From NCBI GenBank assembly GCA_018652625.1, contig JABIBT010000027.1:587-64586 (forward strand): DNA of 64,000 nucleotides, given 5' to 3'. The translations under genes and the position numbers were made by a program. The notes under the pieces were generated by a model, which did no database searches, was not told the origin of the DNA, and saw nothing but the letters and a program-made list of their open reading frames with translations. This document shows positions 16,644-24,911 of the stretch, in pieces. This DNA is from Candidatus Woesearchaeota archaeon (lineage in GTDB: Archaea; Nanobdellota; Nanobdellia; SCGC-AAA011-G17; PNOQ01). Every line of letters begins with the position of its first letter. Position 1 is the stretch's first letter.

Positions 16644-17318
16644 TTATTCTTGAGTGGTTGCTTTACTTTTTTCCTCGGAAAACTCAATAGAATTGATTTC
16701 TGGAACTAATTTAGAAATTTTATCCTTTACTGCATTCAACATAACGTCTGGAAGTTTTAGTTCGCTCTTTATTATCATTTTATCTGCGTTAATTTCAAGC
16801 TCATATTTACTTGGATCTAATCGAAGTAGCATTTTTAGCAAACTTTGAACCTTTTCCTTTGGATTACCTAGAATTTTTTTAATTTTAACATCAAAAACTA
16901 AGTCTTTACCTGCAAAGGGGTGATTAAAGTCTACAGAAACTCTTCCACCAGATACACTTCTAACAATCCCCATCATATTTTCAGCGTTTATTTGCATTCC
17001 GGGATATGGATTCATTTTTTGTTTAGTAAATAATGATTTAGGAACAACTCTCATCAATTTTGGATCTTTTTTTCCATATGCTTCTTCCATAGGAATTTCA
17101 AAAGTATAATCTTTTTCTGTTTCAGAACTTTCTAAATTTTTGTCTAATCCTTTTATTACCTGGCCTTCACCAACACAAACAATTAAAGGTTCATAAGAAG
17201 GCTTTTGTAATTTATTTTGTTCTCCAATTTCTTTTATAGAAGTATCAAAAACTTGATCATTAGTAAGCTTTCCAGTATAATCTAATTCAATAAAATCTCC
17301 TTTTTTGATCTTTGCCAT
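16644..17318 (-). CDS. FKBP-type peptidyl-prolyl cis-trans isomerase (long archaeal SlyD-like type)
   Basis: N-terminus MAKIKKGDFIELDYTGKL...VFDTS, insert-in-flap-type middle region, HPFAGKDLVFDVKI, plus a C-terminal domain. Confidence 0.85.
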   Translation of the reverse strand: MAKIKKGDFIELDYTGKLTNDQVFDTSIKEIGEQNKLQKPSYEPLIVCVGEGQVIKGLDKNLESSETEKDYTFEIPMEEAYGKKDPKLMRVVPKSLFTKQKMNPYPGMQINAENMMGIVRSVSGGRVSVDFNHPFAGKDLVFDVKIKKILGNPKEKVQSLLKMLLRLDPSKYELEINADKMIIKSELKLPDVMLNAVKDKISKLVPEINSIEFSEEKSKATTQE

Positions 17319-17348
17319 AAAACTTGAGAAAGACTACTATATTTAAAA

Positions 17349-17360
17349 CTTGCCCCAAAT
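17349..17360 (+). promoter_or_regulatory. GC-rich promoter-proximal motif CTTGCCCCAAAT (SPFH gene promoter)
   Basis: It immediately follows the TATA-like TATATTTAAAA (17338-17348). The 11 nt TTGCCCCAAAT are identical to the site at 58320-58330. Confidence 0.4.
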
Positions 17361-17397
17361 CAAAAACCTTATTAATCAAACCGAATATTCATACAAT

Positions 17398-18159
17398 ATG
17401 TTATTTGGACTTAGTGGCGGATGGAACATAGTTGTTATTTTAATCCTATATATTTTATCAGGTTTTAAGGTAGTTACTGAATATCAAAGAGGAGTAAGGT
17501 TCACTCTTGGAAAATTTACTAGTGTAATGAAACCCGGTCTAAGAATTGTTTTTCCAATAATTCAAAAATGGAAAAGGGTAGATATGAGAATAAAAGCTGT
17601 GGATGTTCCTAATCAAGACTGTATGACAAAAGACAATGTTAGTTTAAATGTAAATGCAGTATTATATTATAAGGTAGATACGGCCCAAAGTGCAATATTA
17701 AAAGTTGAAAATTATAATTATGCAGTTTCACAATTGGCCCAAACAACAATGAGAGACGTAGTAGGAGAAGTTTCTTTAGATAAAGTGCTTAGTGAAAGAG
17801 AACTGTTAAGTAAAAGAATACAACAAATTGTTGACAAAGCAACAGACCCATGGGGAATAAAAGTAGAGTCAGTAGAACTAAAACACATAGAATTGGCAGA
17901 GAATCTAAAAAGAACCATGGCAAAAGAAGCAGAGGCAGAAAGAGAAAAGAGAGCAGTAATAATAAAAGCATCTGGAGAAGTAATGGCTGCAAAAGATATG
18001 GCAAAGGCAGCTTCAATCTTATCTGGCTCATCAGGCGCATTACATTTAAGAACACTTCAAACTCTAAACGATCTTAGTTCTGATCAAAGTAACACAATAG
18101 TTTTTGCTACACCAATTGAAGTTCTTGAAGCATTTAAAGGATTAGCAAATAAAAAGTAA
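17398..18159 (+). CDS. SPFH/band-7 (stomatin/prohibitin-like) membrane protein
   Basis: N-terminal TM, then the core YQRGVRFTLGKF...DVPNQDCMTKDNVSLNVNAVLYYKV... and an EAEREKRA coiled coil. I prefer the ATG at 17398. The tracked start at 17350 is a TTG inside the promoter motif. Confidence 0.85.
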   Translation: MLFGLSGGWNIVVILILYILSGFKVVTEYQRGVRFTLGKFTSVMKPGLRIVFPIIQKWKRVDMRIKAVDVPNQDCMTKDNVSLNVNAVLYYKVDTAQSAILKVENYNYAVSQLAQTTMRDVVGEVSLDKVLSERELLSKRIQQIVDKATDPWGIKVESVELKHIELAENLKRTMAKEAEAEREKRAVIIKASGEVMAAKDMAKAASILSGSSGALHLRTLQTLNDLSSDQSNTIVFATPIEVLEAFKGLANKK

Positions 18160-18168
18160 TTAAAAACT

Positions 18169-18176
18169 TTTATAAA
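18169..18176 (+). promoter_or_regulatory. TATA box (TTTATAAA), leaderless-type spacing
   Basis: The box centre is about 26 nt upstream of the ATG at 18198. Confidence 0.45.
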
Positions 18177-18197
18177 TTTTCTTCATTTCCCTTTTTT

Positions 18198-18488
18198 ATG
18201 GTAAACTGGAGAGAAAATATAAAACCAACATTGAAATTATATTTAGACAAAGTAATAAAGAATTCTGCAGAACACAAAGACACAATAGATTTAGCTGAAG
18301 ATAAAAAAACAGCCCAGCTTTGGATCTCTTTAGCACAACTTTCAAAGGAACAAAGAGAGTCAAAAATAAGAGTAAAATATTTAGAAACTATTCTAACAGA
18401 ATTATTAGAAGAGAAGAAAAAAGGTCTAAGATCTAAAAAAAAGAAGGAAGAAGTTGGCAAATTAATAAAAACACTAAAGAAGTTTTAA
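18198..18488 (+). CDS. Hypothetical coiled-coil protein
   Basis: 96-aa ORF with a TATA box at leaderless spacing. I prefer it over the antisense ORF 18170..18460. No family recognised. Confidence 0.4.
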   Translation: MVNWRENIKPTLKLYLDKVIKNSAEHKDTIDLAEDKKTAQLWISLAQLSKEQRESKIRVKYLETILTELLEEKKKGLRSKKKKEEVGKLIKTLKKF

Positions 18489-18497
18489 AACAATAAT

Positions 18498-18505
18498 TTT
18501 ATAAA
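18498..18505 (+). promoter_or_regulatory. TATA box (TTTATAAA) of the aIF5A-eL40-S2P unit
   Basis: The box centre is about 28 nt upstream of the ATG at 18530. Confidence 0.45.
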
Positions 18506-18529
18506 TATCTTTTTTTCTCAATTTAGTGT

Positions 18530-18916
18530 ATGGATAAAAAAGTAGTAGGAGCTTCTAGCCTAAAAGTCGGGGGATATGTCATTTTTGATAACGTTGCCTG
18601 TAAGGTATCTTCGATAGATATTTCAAGAACAGGAAAGCATGGACACGCAAAAGCAAGGATAGCAGCAATATCCTTAATGGACGGTACAAAGAAAGTAAAG
18701 TTATATCCCGGACATGATAAAGTAGAAGTCCCCATAATAGAAAAAGAGACTGCTCAAGTACTTTCAGTATCCGGAGATAAGGCTAATGTAATGGATATGA
18801 AAACATATGAAACATTCGATTTAAATATTCCTCCTGAATTACAAGGGCAAACAAAAGAAGGAGATCAAGTAACATATTGGATAATATTGGGAGAAAAAGT
18901 ATTAAAACAAAAATAA
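18530..18916 (+). CDS. eif5a: Translation initiation factor 5A (aIF5A)
   Basis: Hypusination loop SRTGKHGHAKARI, with SH3-like and OB domain lengths. Confidence 0.9.
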   Translation: MDKKVVGASSLKVGGYVIFDNVACKVSSIDISRTGKHGHAKARIAAISLMDGTKKVKLYPGHDKVEVPIIEKETAQVLSVSGDKANVMDMKTYETFDLNIPPELQGQTKEGDQVTYWIILGEKVLKQK

Positions 18917-18917
18917 A

Positions 18918-19085
18918 ATGGCAACTAAATTTCCAGAAGCACAAAGAAGACTTTTTATGAATGTTTTTGTGTGTAAAAAATGTAAGTCAAAACGAAGATC
19001 TACGATGCAAAAAGTATTAGAAGGAAAAATAATTTGTAAAAAGTGTGGTTGTAAAGCGTTTAGACCATTAAGAAAAGCAAAATAA
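18918..19085 (+). CDS. rpl40e: Ribosomal protein eL40 (L40e)
   Basis: Not in the ORF track. My translation is MATKFPEAQRRLFMNVFVCKKCKSKRRSTMQKVLEGKIICKKCGCKAFRPLRKAK, a basic CxxC...CxxC zinc ribbon of L40e type. Confidence 0.8.
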   Translation: MATKFPEAQRRLFMNVFVCKKCKSKRRSTMQKVLEGKIICKKCGCKAFRPLRKAK

Positions 19086-19086
19086 G

Positions 19087-20304
19087 ATGATAGATGTAGA
19101 TATTTTATTATTTGGACTCTTGGTACTATTTCTAGCAATATTCATTTTTAGAACAAGAAAAAAAATAGAATTACAAAAAATAGCATATCCCATTCTATAT
19201 ATGATAATTTATCGGACCAAATTGGGTTTGGGAAAAATGGACGCTCTAGCAAACAGATTTCCAAAAACTCTAAAAGTTTTAAGTTACATTTCTATAACTA
19301 TTGGATATTTAGGAATGTTAGCAATATTATTTTTATTAGTCAAAGGAGCATATCAATTTTTATTCTTAAATATGCCCTCGCCAGTTGGACTGGTTTTACC
19401 AAGAGTTGAAATTGCAGAAGGATTGCCAACTTTATCTTTCATGCACTGGGTAATTGCAATAATAATTTTAGCATCAGTACACGAATTTTCACATGGAGTA
19501 TTTGCTAGATTAAATAAAATAAAAATTAAATCTTCAGGGTTTGCATTCTTAGGAATTTTACTTCCAGTTCTACCTGCTGCTTTTGTAGAGCCAGATGAAA
19601 AACAAATGAAAAAAGCACCAAAAAAAGCACAACTTTCTGTTCTATCCGCAGGTTCATTTGCCAATTTTATTACTGCTTTTGTAGTTTTCTTAATTATGAT
19701 AATGGTAGCTGTTCCAATAGGCACATATTTCGCTGGCCAACCCAATGATTTAGTGATTAAAAATTTAGATGAAGGGGGGCCATTAAAAAATGTTGGAATT
19801 GAAGAAGGGGATAAACTAGTTATGATTAATGGACACGAGATATCAAATACAGGAGACATTTTTGTAGCTTTAGATGAAACAATGCCCCACCAGACAATAG
19901 AAATTGTAACCGACAAAGGGAGTTATCCAGTTACACTTACAGAACACCCGGAAAATAATGCTATCGGATATATGGGGCTAAGAGAGATAGAGCTTTCTTG
20001 TAGCCCACAAAGTTATGAAGGTTGTTCAAACATTAAATCAAAATCACTTGGTTGGATTTTCATGTTATTATATTGGTTATTTATAATTAATTTAGGAGTT
20101 GGTTTGTTTAATCTTCTACCTTTAGGAATCTTAGATGGCGGAAAGATGTTTTATTTAGCCGCATTCCATTTTACAAAAAGTGAAACAATTTCAAAAAGAA
20201 TTTACAAATACATGAACATATTCTTATTGTTAATTCTATTAATATTAATATTGCCTCAGTTATATAATTCTTTAATTGCGCCTTTAATTGCTCTTATTAT
20301 TTAG
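19087..20304 (+). CDS. Site-2 protease family (M50) intramembrane metalloprotease with PDZ-like domain
   Basis: HEFSHG (HExxH) in a TM segment and the later NLLPLGILDGGKMF motif. The central soluble segment resembles a PDZ domain. Confidence 0.8.
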   Translation: MIDVDILLFGLLVLFLAIFIFRTRKKIELQKIAYPILYMIIYRTKLGLGKMDALANRFPKTLKVLSYISITIGYLGMLAILFLLVKGAYQFLFLNMPSPVGLVLPRVEIAEGLPTLSFMHWVIAIIILASVHEFSHGVFARLNKIKIKSSGFAFLGILLPVLPAAFVEPDEKQMKKAPKKAQLSVLSAGSFANFITAFVVFLIMIMVAVPIGTYFAGQPNDLVIKNLDEGGPLKNVGIEEGDKLVMINGHEISNTGDIFVALDETMPHQTIEIVTDKGSYPVTLTEHPENNAIGYMGLREIELSCSPQSYEGCSNIKSKSLGWIFMLLYWLFIINLGVGLFNLLPLGILDGGKMFYLAAFHFTKSETISKRIYKYMNIFLLLILLILILPQLYNSLIAPLIALII

Positions 20305-22222
20305 CACCAGAAGGAAAATTCACACATTCTGGTGGACCACCTGCACATATCCATCCACTACAATCACAATGGCCAGTTGAGTCACAATAACCGGCACCAA
20401 TTAAATCTTCACCTTCAGAGGTCCAATAAGTAGTTCCACCACATATCTCCCAACAATTCCATGCCCCTCTCCAAATTGAGGTCCATTCTTCACTTTCATC
20501 ATAAGGAGTTTCACAACAAGCATCTTCTGGAACAAGTGGATCTCCAATATCGCAACATAGGTTATCTTTGTAAGGGGTGCTATCCAAGGGCAATCCTTCG
20601 TGATCTAAAAAGCCAGAATAATCGGCACAACCAAGTTCTACTAGACAATCTTGATCATAATCACAAATGCCCAATAATTCAAATAAATTTGGTTGAGGGG
20701 TACAAACAGCACAATATTCATTATCATTCCACCCAAGATTGTCATTATATAAAACAGTTATGGTGTCAAAACTAATTGTTCTAATCTGGTCACCATAAAT
20801 AAGTTTAGACATCAAAAAGTAATTTCCATCAAGTAGTTCATTATTAACAACTTCCAAATATTCTGTGGGAGAACCTCCGGCAAGAGAATTAACACTAGTT
20901 ATAGAAGTAGTTTCTGTAATGATTTCTGCGGCAGAAAAAGTATCCCCCGTGAAAACCAAATAGTATTTATCATTATATTCAAATAAAAATGGGCTTTCTG
21001 ATCCCCAAGATCCATACCCCCTAGTTGCTTCTATAGGCTGCTGCAAGGACCATCCAGCAGTTAAATCATTCGAAGTAGCATATGCAATAGTTTCTTTGTC
21101 TACAGTATCATCTACTTGAGTACTCAAATACATAATCCAAGTTCCATCTGGTTTTTTATAAACCATGGAGTCTCTACAGGCCCTTTTTCCTGCAGATGTT
21201 GACTCATCGTTCTGCCACATATTCCATTCAACATCACAATCCAAAATAAAACCTTGTTTTTCCCAATTATATGCATCAATCGAAGTGGCCAACATTATTC
21301 TTTGGGCATAGCATTGGCCTGCCCCGGGACAATCTTCCATTTTTACACCGGTATAAAACATATAATAAGTACCCTCTTCATATAATATATAAGGGGCCCA
21401 AACAGATAGGGAATCAAAATCATCAGGGTTCTCACTAACTTGGATTATATCACTCTCTCTATCCCAACTAGCGAGACCATCGGAAGTATAATGTAAAAAT
21501 TCATTTTCTGCCAAAGGATCATAAGCCTGGCAGAAATAATTACTACATTCACATCCAGGTTCCGCAGTACATTTTATAGACTTTATCGAAATAATATGGA
21601 ATTTACCATTTTGATCTCTAAAGAAAGTAAAATCCTTAACAGAATGGTGGCTAGGATCATCTGAATTTAGAACAGAATTAAAATACTCACAATTAAAATC
21701 ACAACTAGGTCTTCCAGTTTCCCAAACAAAATGAATCTCACCAGGATCTTCCATTTCATCACCACACGTTCTAATAGAAGAAGTAATAACAGAGGCATAC
21801 TCAACTAGAGTAACTTCTCCATCTAAGAGTATACTTGGAACAACCTTAACAGAAATAACATCTCCGTTACTACAATCTAATCCATCTAAATGAACCCACC
21901 CTTGTTGATGAGGTAGAATTGTTTTATCTTTTGATAATATTTGTTGTCCACCAGTAAACTCAACTAGAATATCAAGTTTTTCTACTATAACATTCCCATC
22001 ATTTACTATAAATACACATAAGTTTTCAATACCACATTGAGACTCGTATCCGTAGCTATCGATCCCGATAACCGGGTTGGCTATTTTAGTTTTTTGACTC
22101 TCTTTATCTAATTCTCCCTTTAGAAAATCAAAACCCCAGTTATAAACAAGTATAGATGCAATTATAACAAATCCAATTATAAGGACAGTAGCAATTAAAG
22201 GACTAATACCTCTCTTTTTCAT
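20297..22222 (-). CDS. Surface protein: archaeal type IV pilin-like N-terminus + beta-propeller glycoside-hydrolase-like domain + Cys-rich C-terminal domain
   Basis: N-terminus MKKRGISPLIATVLIIGFVIIASILVY is a class III signal / pilin_N-type motif. Blade-like repeats are WAPYILYEEGTYYMFYTG, DSMVYKKPDGTWIMYLST and ESPFLFEYNDKYYLVFTG. The C-terminus is cysteine-dense. Confidence 0.6.
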   Translation of the reverse strand: MKKRGISPLIATVLIIGFVIIASILVYNWGFDFLKGELDKESQKTKIANPVIGIDSYGYESQCGIENLCVFIVNDGNVIVEKLDILVEFTGGQQILSKDKTILPHQQGWVHLDGLDCSNGDVISVKVVPSILLDGEVTLVEYASVITSSIRTCGDEMEDPGEIHFVWETGRPSCDFNCEYFNSVLNSDDPSHHSVKDFTFFRDQNGKFHIISIKSIKCTAEPGCECSNYFCQAYDPLAENEFLHYTSDGLASWDRESDIIQVSENPDDFDSLSVWAPYILYEEGTYYMFYTGVKMEDCPGAGQCYAQRIMLATSIDAYNWEKQGFILDCDVEWNMWQNDESTSAGKRACRDSMVYKKPDGTWIMYLSTQVDDTVDKETIAYATSNDLTAGWSLQQPIEATRGYGSWGSESPFLFEYNDKYYLVFTGDTFSAAEIITETTSITSVNSLAGGSPTEYLEVVNNELLDGNYFLMSKLIYGDQIRTISFDTITVLYNDNLGWNDNEYCAVCTPQPNLFELLGICDYDQDCLVELGCADYSGFLDHEGLPLDSTPYKDNLCCDIGDPLVPEDACCETPYDESEEWTSIWRGAWNCWEICGGTTYWTSEGEDLIGAGYCDSTGHCDCSGWICAGGPPECVNFPSGAK

Positions 22223-22265
22223 GCCATTAAACTGAAATTTTAGGTTTATATAAATTTCTATAACC

Positions 22266-22273
22266 TTTATAAA
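22266..22273 (+). promoter_or_regulatory. TATA box (TTTATAAA) of the tatD-taw1 unit
   Basis: The box centre is about 27 nt upstream of the ATG at 22297. A second TATA-like TTTATATAAA (22245-22254) is at similar spacing from the divergent gene start at 22222. Confidence 0.45.
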
Positions 22274-22296
22274 TATATTTCATCAACTAAATCAAA

Positions 22297-23040
22297 ATGT
22301 TAATAGATGTACACTGCCATTTGGACTACAAAGACTTTGATAAAGACAGAGATGAAGTAATTGAGAATGCCAAAAAAAATAATGTAAAAATTATAATTTC
22401 TAATGGAACAGACTTAGAAAGCAACAAAAAAGTTCTAGAATTATCAAAAAAATATGATATAATTAAACCTGCATTTGGACTTTATCCAGTAGAAGCAGAA
22501 AATCTTTCAGAAGAGGAGATAGATGAAACCCTGAATTTTATTAAAAAAAATAATCCGGTAGCAATTGGGGAAGTCGGTTTAGACCTATATAATGGAAAAG
22601 ATATAGAGAAACAAAAGAAAGTTTTAGTAAAACTAATTGATTTATCAAAAGAATTAGACATACCATTAATAATCCATTCAAGAAAAGCAGAAGAAGAAGT
22701 AATAGAACTTCTAAAAGAAACGAAACCAAAAAAAGTAATTTTGCACTGTTTCTGTGGAAATAAAGAACTAACCAAAGAAGCAGAATCATTGGGATATGTG
22801 TTTTCAATCCCAGCAACAATAATCAGAACAAAGACATTTAAAAAACTTGCAAAAAGAATACAATTGAAATCTATTTTAACAGAAACCGATGCACCATTTC
22901 TAAGTCCATATGAAGGAAAAAGAAATGAACCGGCATATATTAAAGAAACAATAAAGAAAATCTCAGAAATAAAAGGATTAACAGAAGAAGAGTTAGAAAA
23001 AATAATTTTTATGAATTATCAAAACCTATTCAAAAAATGA
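22297..23040 (+). CDS. tatD: TatD-family metal-dependent hydrolase/DNase
   Basis: MLIDVHCHLD, GEVGLD, IIHSR and TETDAPFL motifs. Confidence 0.9.
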   Translation: MLIDVHCHLDYKDFDKDRDEVIENAKKNNVKIIISNGTDLESNKKVLELSKKYDIIKPAFGLYPVEAENLSEEEIDETLNFIKKNNPVAIGEVGLDLYNGKDIEKQKKVLVKLIDLSKELDIPLIIHSRKAEEEVIELLKETKPKKVILHCFCGNKELTKEAESLGYVFSIPATIIRTKTFKKLAKRIQLKSILTETDAPFLSPYEGKRNEPAYIKETIKKISEIKGLTEEELEKIIFMNYQNLFKK

Positions 23041-23966
23041 ACGCAGGAAAAAAACAATTACTAAAACAAGGATACAGATTTACAGGAGAACATAGTTCTG
23101 TAAAAATATGTGAATGGACAAAGAGAGCTATAAAAAATGAAGGAATTTGCTATAAACAAAAGTTCTATGGAATCAATACCTGTCAATGTGTACAAATGAC
23201 TCCAACAATGATCTGTCCAAATCGTTGTCAATTCTGTTGGCGTTCTTTAGATTTATACACTGCAGAAGAAATGAAAGAATTAGATGATCCAAAAGAAATA
23301 ATAAAAAATTCAGTAGAACAGCAAAAATTATTATTAGCAGGATTTGGTGGAAACAAAACTATAGATAAAGAAATGTTAAACAAAGCATTGAATCCAAAAC
23401 ACTTTGCAATATCTTTAACTGGTGAACCTACAATATATCCAAAACTAAGCGAACTAATAGTAGAATTACATAAACAAAAATTCACTTCTTTTTTAGTAAC
23501 CAATGGAATGTATCCAGAAACATTAGAAAAATTAAAAGAAATGCCCACCCAGTTATACCTATCTCTAGATGCACCAACAAAAGAACTCTATAAAAAAATA
23601 GACAATCCAATGTTAAAAGATTATTGGGAAAGATTTAACAAATCTCTAGAGTTCCTATCAAAAGCAAAAACAAGAACTGTAATACGAATAACTTCAGTAA
23701 AAAAATTAAACATGTGTGATGAAGCAGGCTATGCCAAACTAATAAAAAAAGCAAAGCCGATGTTTGTAGAAGTTAAATCATATTCGTGGGTTGGAGAATC
23801 AAGAGAAAGATTAACAGAAGAAAATGTTCCTTCTTATGAAGATTGTTTTAGTTTCGCAGAAAAAATAGCAAAACTAATCGATTATAAAATAATAGATACA
23901 CATAGGGAATCAAAAGCAATTTTATTAGCAAAAGAAGATTTTCCAGAAAGAATTCTCAAATTTTAA
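23037..23966 (+). CDS. taw1: tRNA 4-demethylwyosine synthase (Taw1/TYW1, radical SAM)
   Basis: Radical-SAM CPNRCQFCWR (CX3CX2C), upstream Cys cluster (CEWTK...C...C) and TYW1-type LSLTGEPT. There is a 4-nt overlap with tatD. Confidence 0.8.
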   Translation: MNAGKKQLLKQGYRFTGEHSSVKICEWTKRAIKNEGICYKQKFYGINTCQCVQMTPTMICPNRCQFCWRSLDLYTAEEMKELDDPKEIIKNSVEQQKLLLAGFGGNKTIDKEMLNKALNPKHFAISLTGEPTIYPKLSELIVELHKQKFTSFLVTNGMYPETLEKLKEMPTQLYLSLDAPTKELYKKIDNPMLKDYWERFNKSLEFLSKAKTRTVIRITSVKKLNMCDEAGYAKLIKKAKPMFVEVKSYSWVGESRERLTEENVPSYEDCFSFAEKIAKLIDYKIIDTHRESKAILLAKEDFPERILKF

Positions 23967-24552
23967 TTAATTTTCCTAACGGCCCAGGATTAATTATAAT
24001 AGTTTTCCCTATTTTATCCATGGCTCCAAAGTTTTCATGCAAATGACCAGATAAAGCAAGCATTGGTTTATTTTTTTCAATAAATTTCCTATAAGACTTA
24101 TTGCCAACATGATCAAAATATTCTAGATTATCTAATTTATTTCCATAAGGGGGTTGATGTGTAATCAAAACAACTTTTTTGCCCTTTATTCTTTTTTCAA
24201 CAGATTTAGCAACCTTTTCAAATTCTTTATTTTCACTACTAAATCCGTCCCCGCCATAACCAAAGAAAACATAATCATTAATTTCAAAAATTCCCCTATG
24301 CAAATATATAATATTCTCAAATTTATCACATATTTTTTTCATATCTCCGGCCTCCTCATGATTTCCTGGTATAACTAAAAGGGGTATTTTGATTTTATTC
24401 AGTTTTTCCAGAATTTCACTTAAATTCTTCTCAAAAATAGTCAAATCTCCAGGACAGATAATTAAATCTGGTTTTTTTAGCTTAGCTAGTTTAATAACTT
24501 CTCTAATAATTTGTTCATTTCCATGAGGATCCGTAAATGCTAAAATTTTCAT
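23956..24552 (-). CDS. Calcineurin-like metallophosphoesterase (small, YfcE/MJ0936-like)
   Basis: Motifs FTDPHG, PGDLT, PGNHE, ITHQPP and SGHLH. Confidence 0.8.
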   Translation of the reverse strand: MKILAFTDPHGNEQIIREVIKLAKLKKPDLIICPGDLTIFEKNLSEILEKLNKIKIPLLVIPGNHEEAGDMKKICDKFENIIYLHRGIFEINDYVFFGYGGDGFSSENKEFEKVAKSVEKRIKGKKVVLITHQPPYGNKLDNLEYFDHVGNKSYRKFIEKNKPMLALSGHLHENFGAMDKIGKTIIINPGPLGKLIKI

Positions 24553-24584
24553 AAAGAAAATAAAGAAATAAATGGTTTAAAAAG

Positions 24585-24686
24585 TTATGTTTCGGCAAGA
24601 TATCCTTGAAAATAGGCACTATCATACTCATCTATAGTTCCATCCTCAATTAATCCCTCTTGATCCTCTAAAGTGTAAATATTCAT
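24585..24686 (-). CDS. Candidate 33-aa acidic micro-protein
   Basis: Not in the ORF track. Sequence MNIYTLEDQEGLIEDGTIDEYDSAYFQGYLAET. SD GGGGTGAT lies 4 nt upstream, and the ATGA start overlaps the stop of the preceding small ORF. Confidence 0.3.
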   Translation of the reverse strand: MNIYTLEDQEGLIEDGTIDEYDSAYFQGYLAET

Positions 24687-24811
24687 GCTATCACCCCTTC
24701 TTGCTTGAAAAATCTTATGAAGTCATCATTAACAGAAGTCCAAAATTGTGCCTCAGAGTCTATACTTTTAAATTCATCCCAATTGATATATTTTGTTGGT
24801 TTTATAAGCAT
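24683..24811 (-). CDS. Candidate 42-aa small protein
   Basis: MLIKPTKYINWDEFKSIDSEAQFWTSVNDDFIRFFKQEGVIA. The ATG at 24811 is preceded by the SD GAGGTGAT. The tracked longer form starts at a TTG (24874) that has no SD. Confidence 0.35.
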   Translation of the reverse strand: MLIKPTKYINWDEFKSIDSEAQFWTSVNDDFIRFFKQEGVIA

Positions 24812-24911
24812 TTTATCACCTCTAACCAACTTATGGAATAAACGATTTATATATCCTATCCGCGTGCGTGGCAAGCTGGCAAGGAGAATTGTTACTTTAG
24901 AATTAAAACCA

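Noticed and set aside
17350-17397. TTG-initiated N-terminal extensions MPQI... of the SPFH gene (17350) and of eL15 (58320).
   Set aside because: The TTG lies within or next to the core promoter, 1-7 nt after the TATA box, so it is probably untranscribed or at the extreme 5' end. It is recorded as a motif finding and not as coding sequence. N-terminal proteomics could overturn this.
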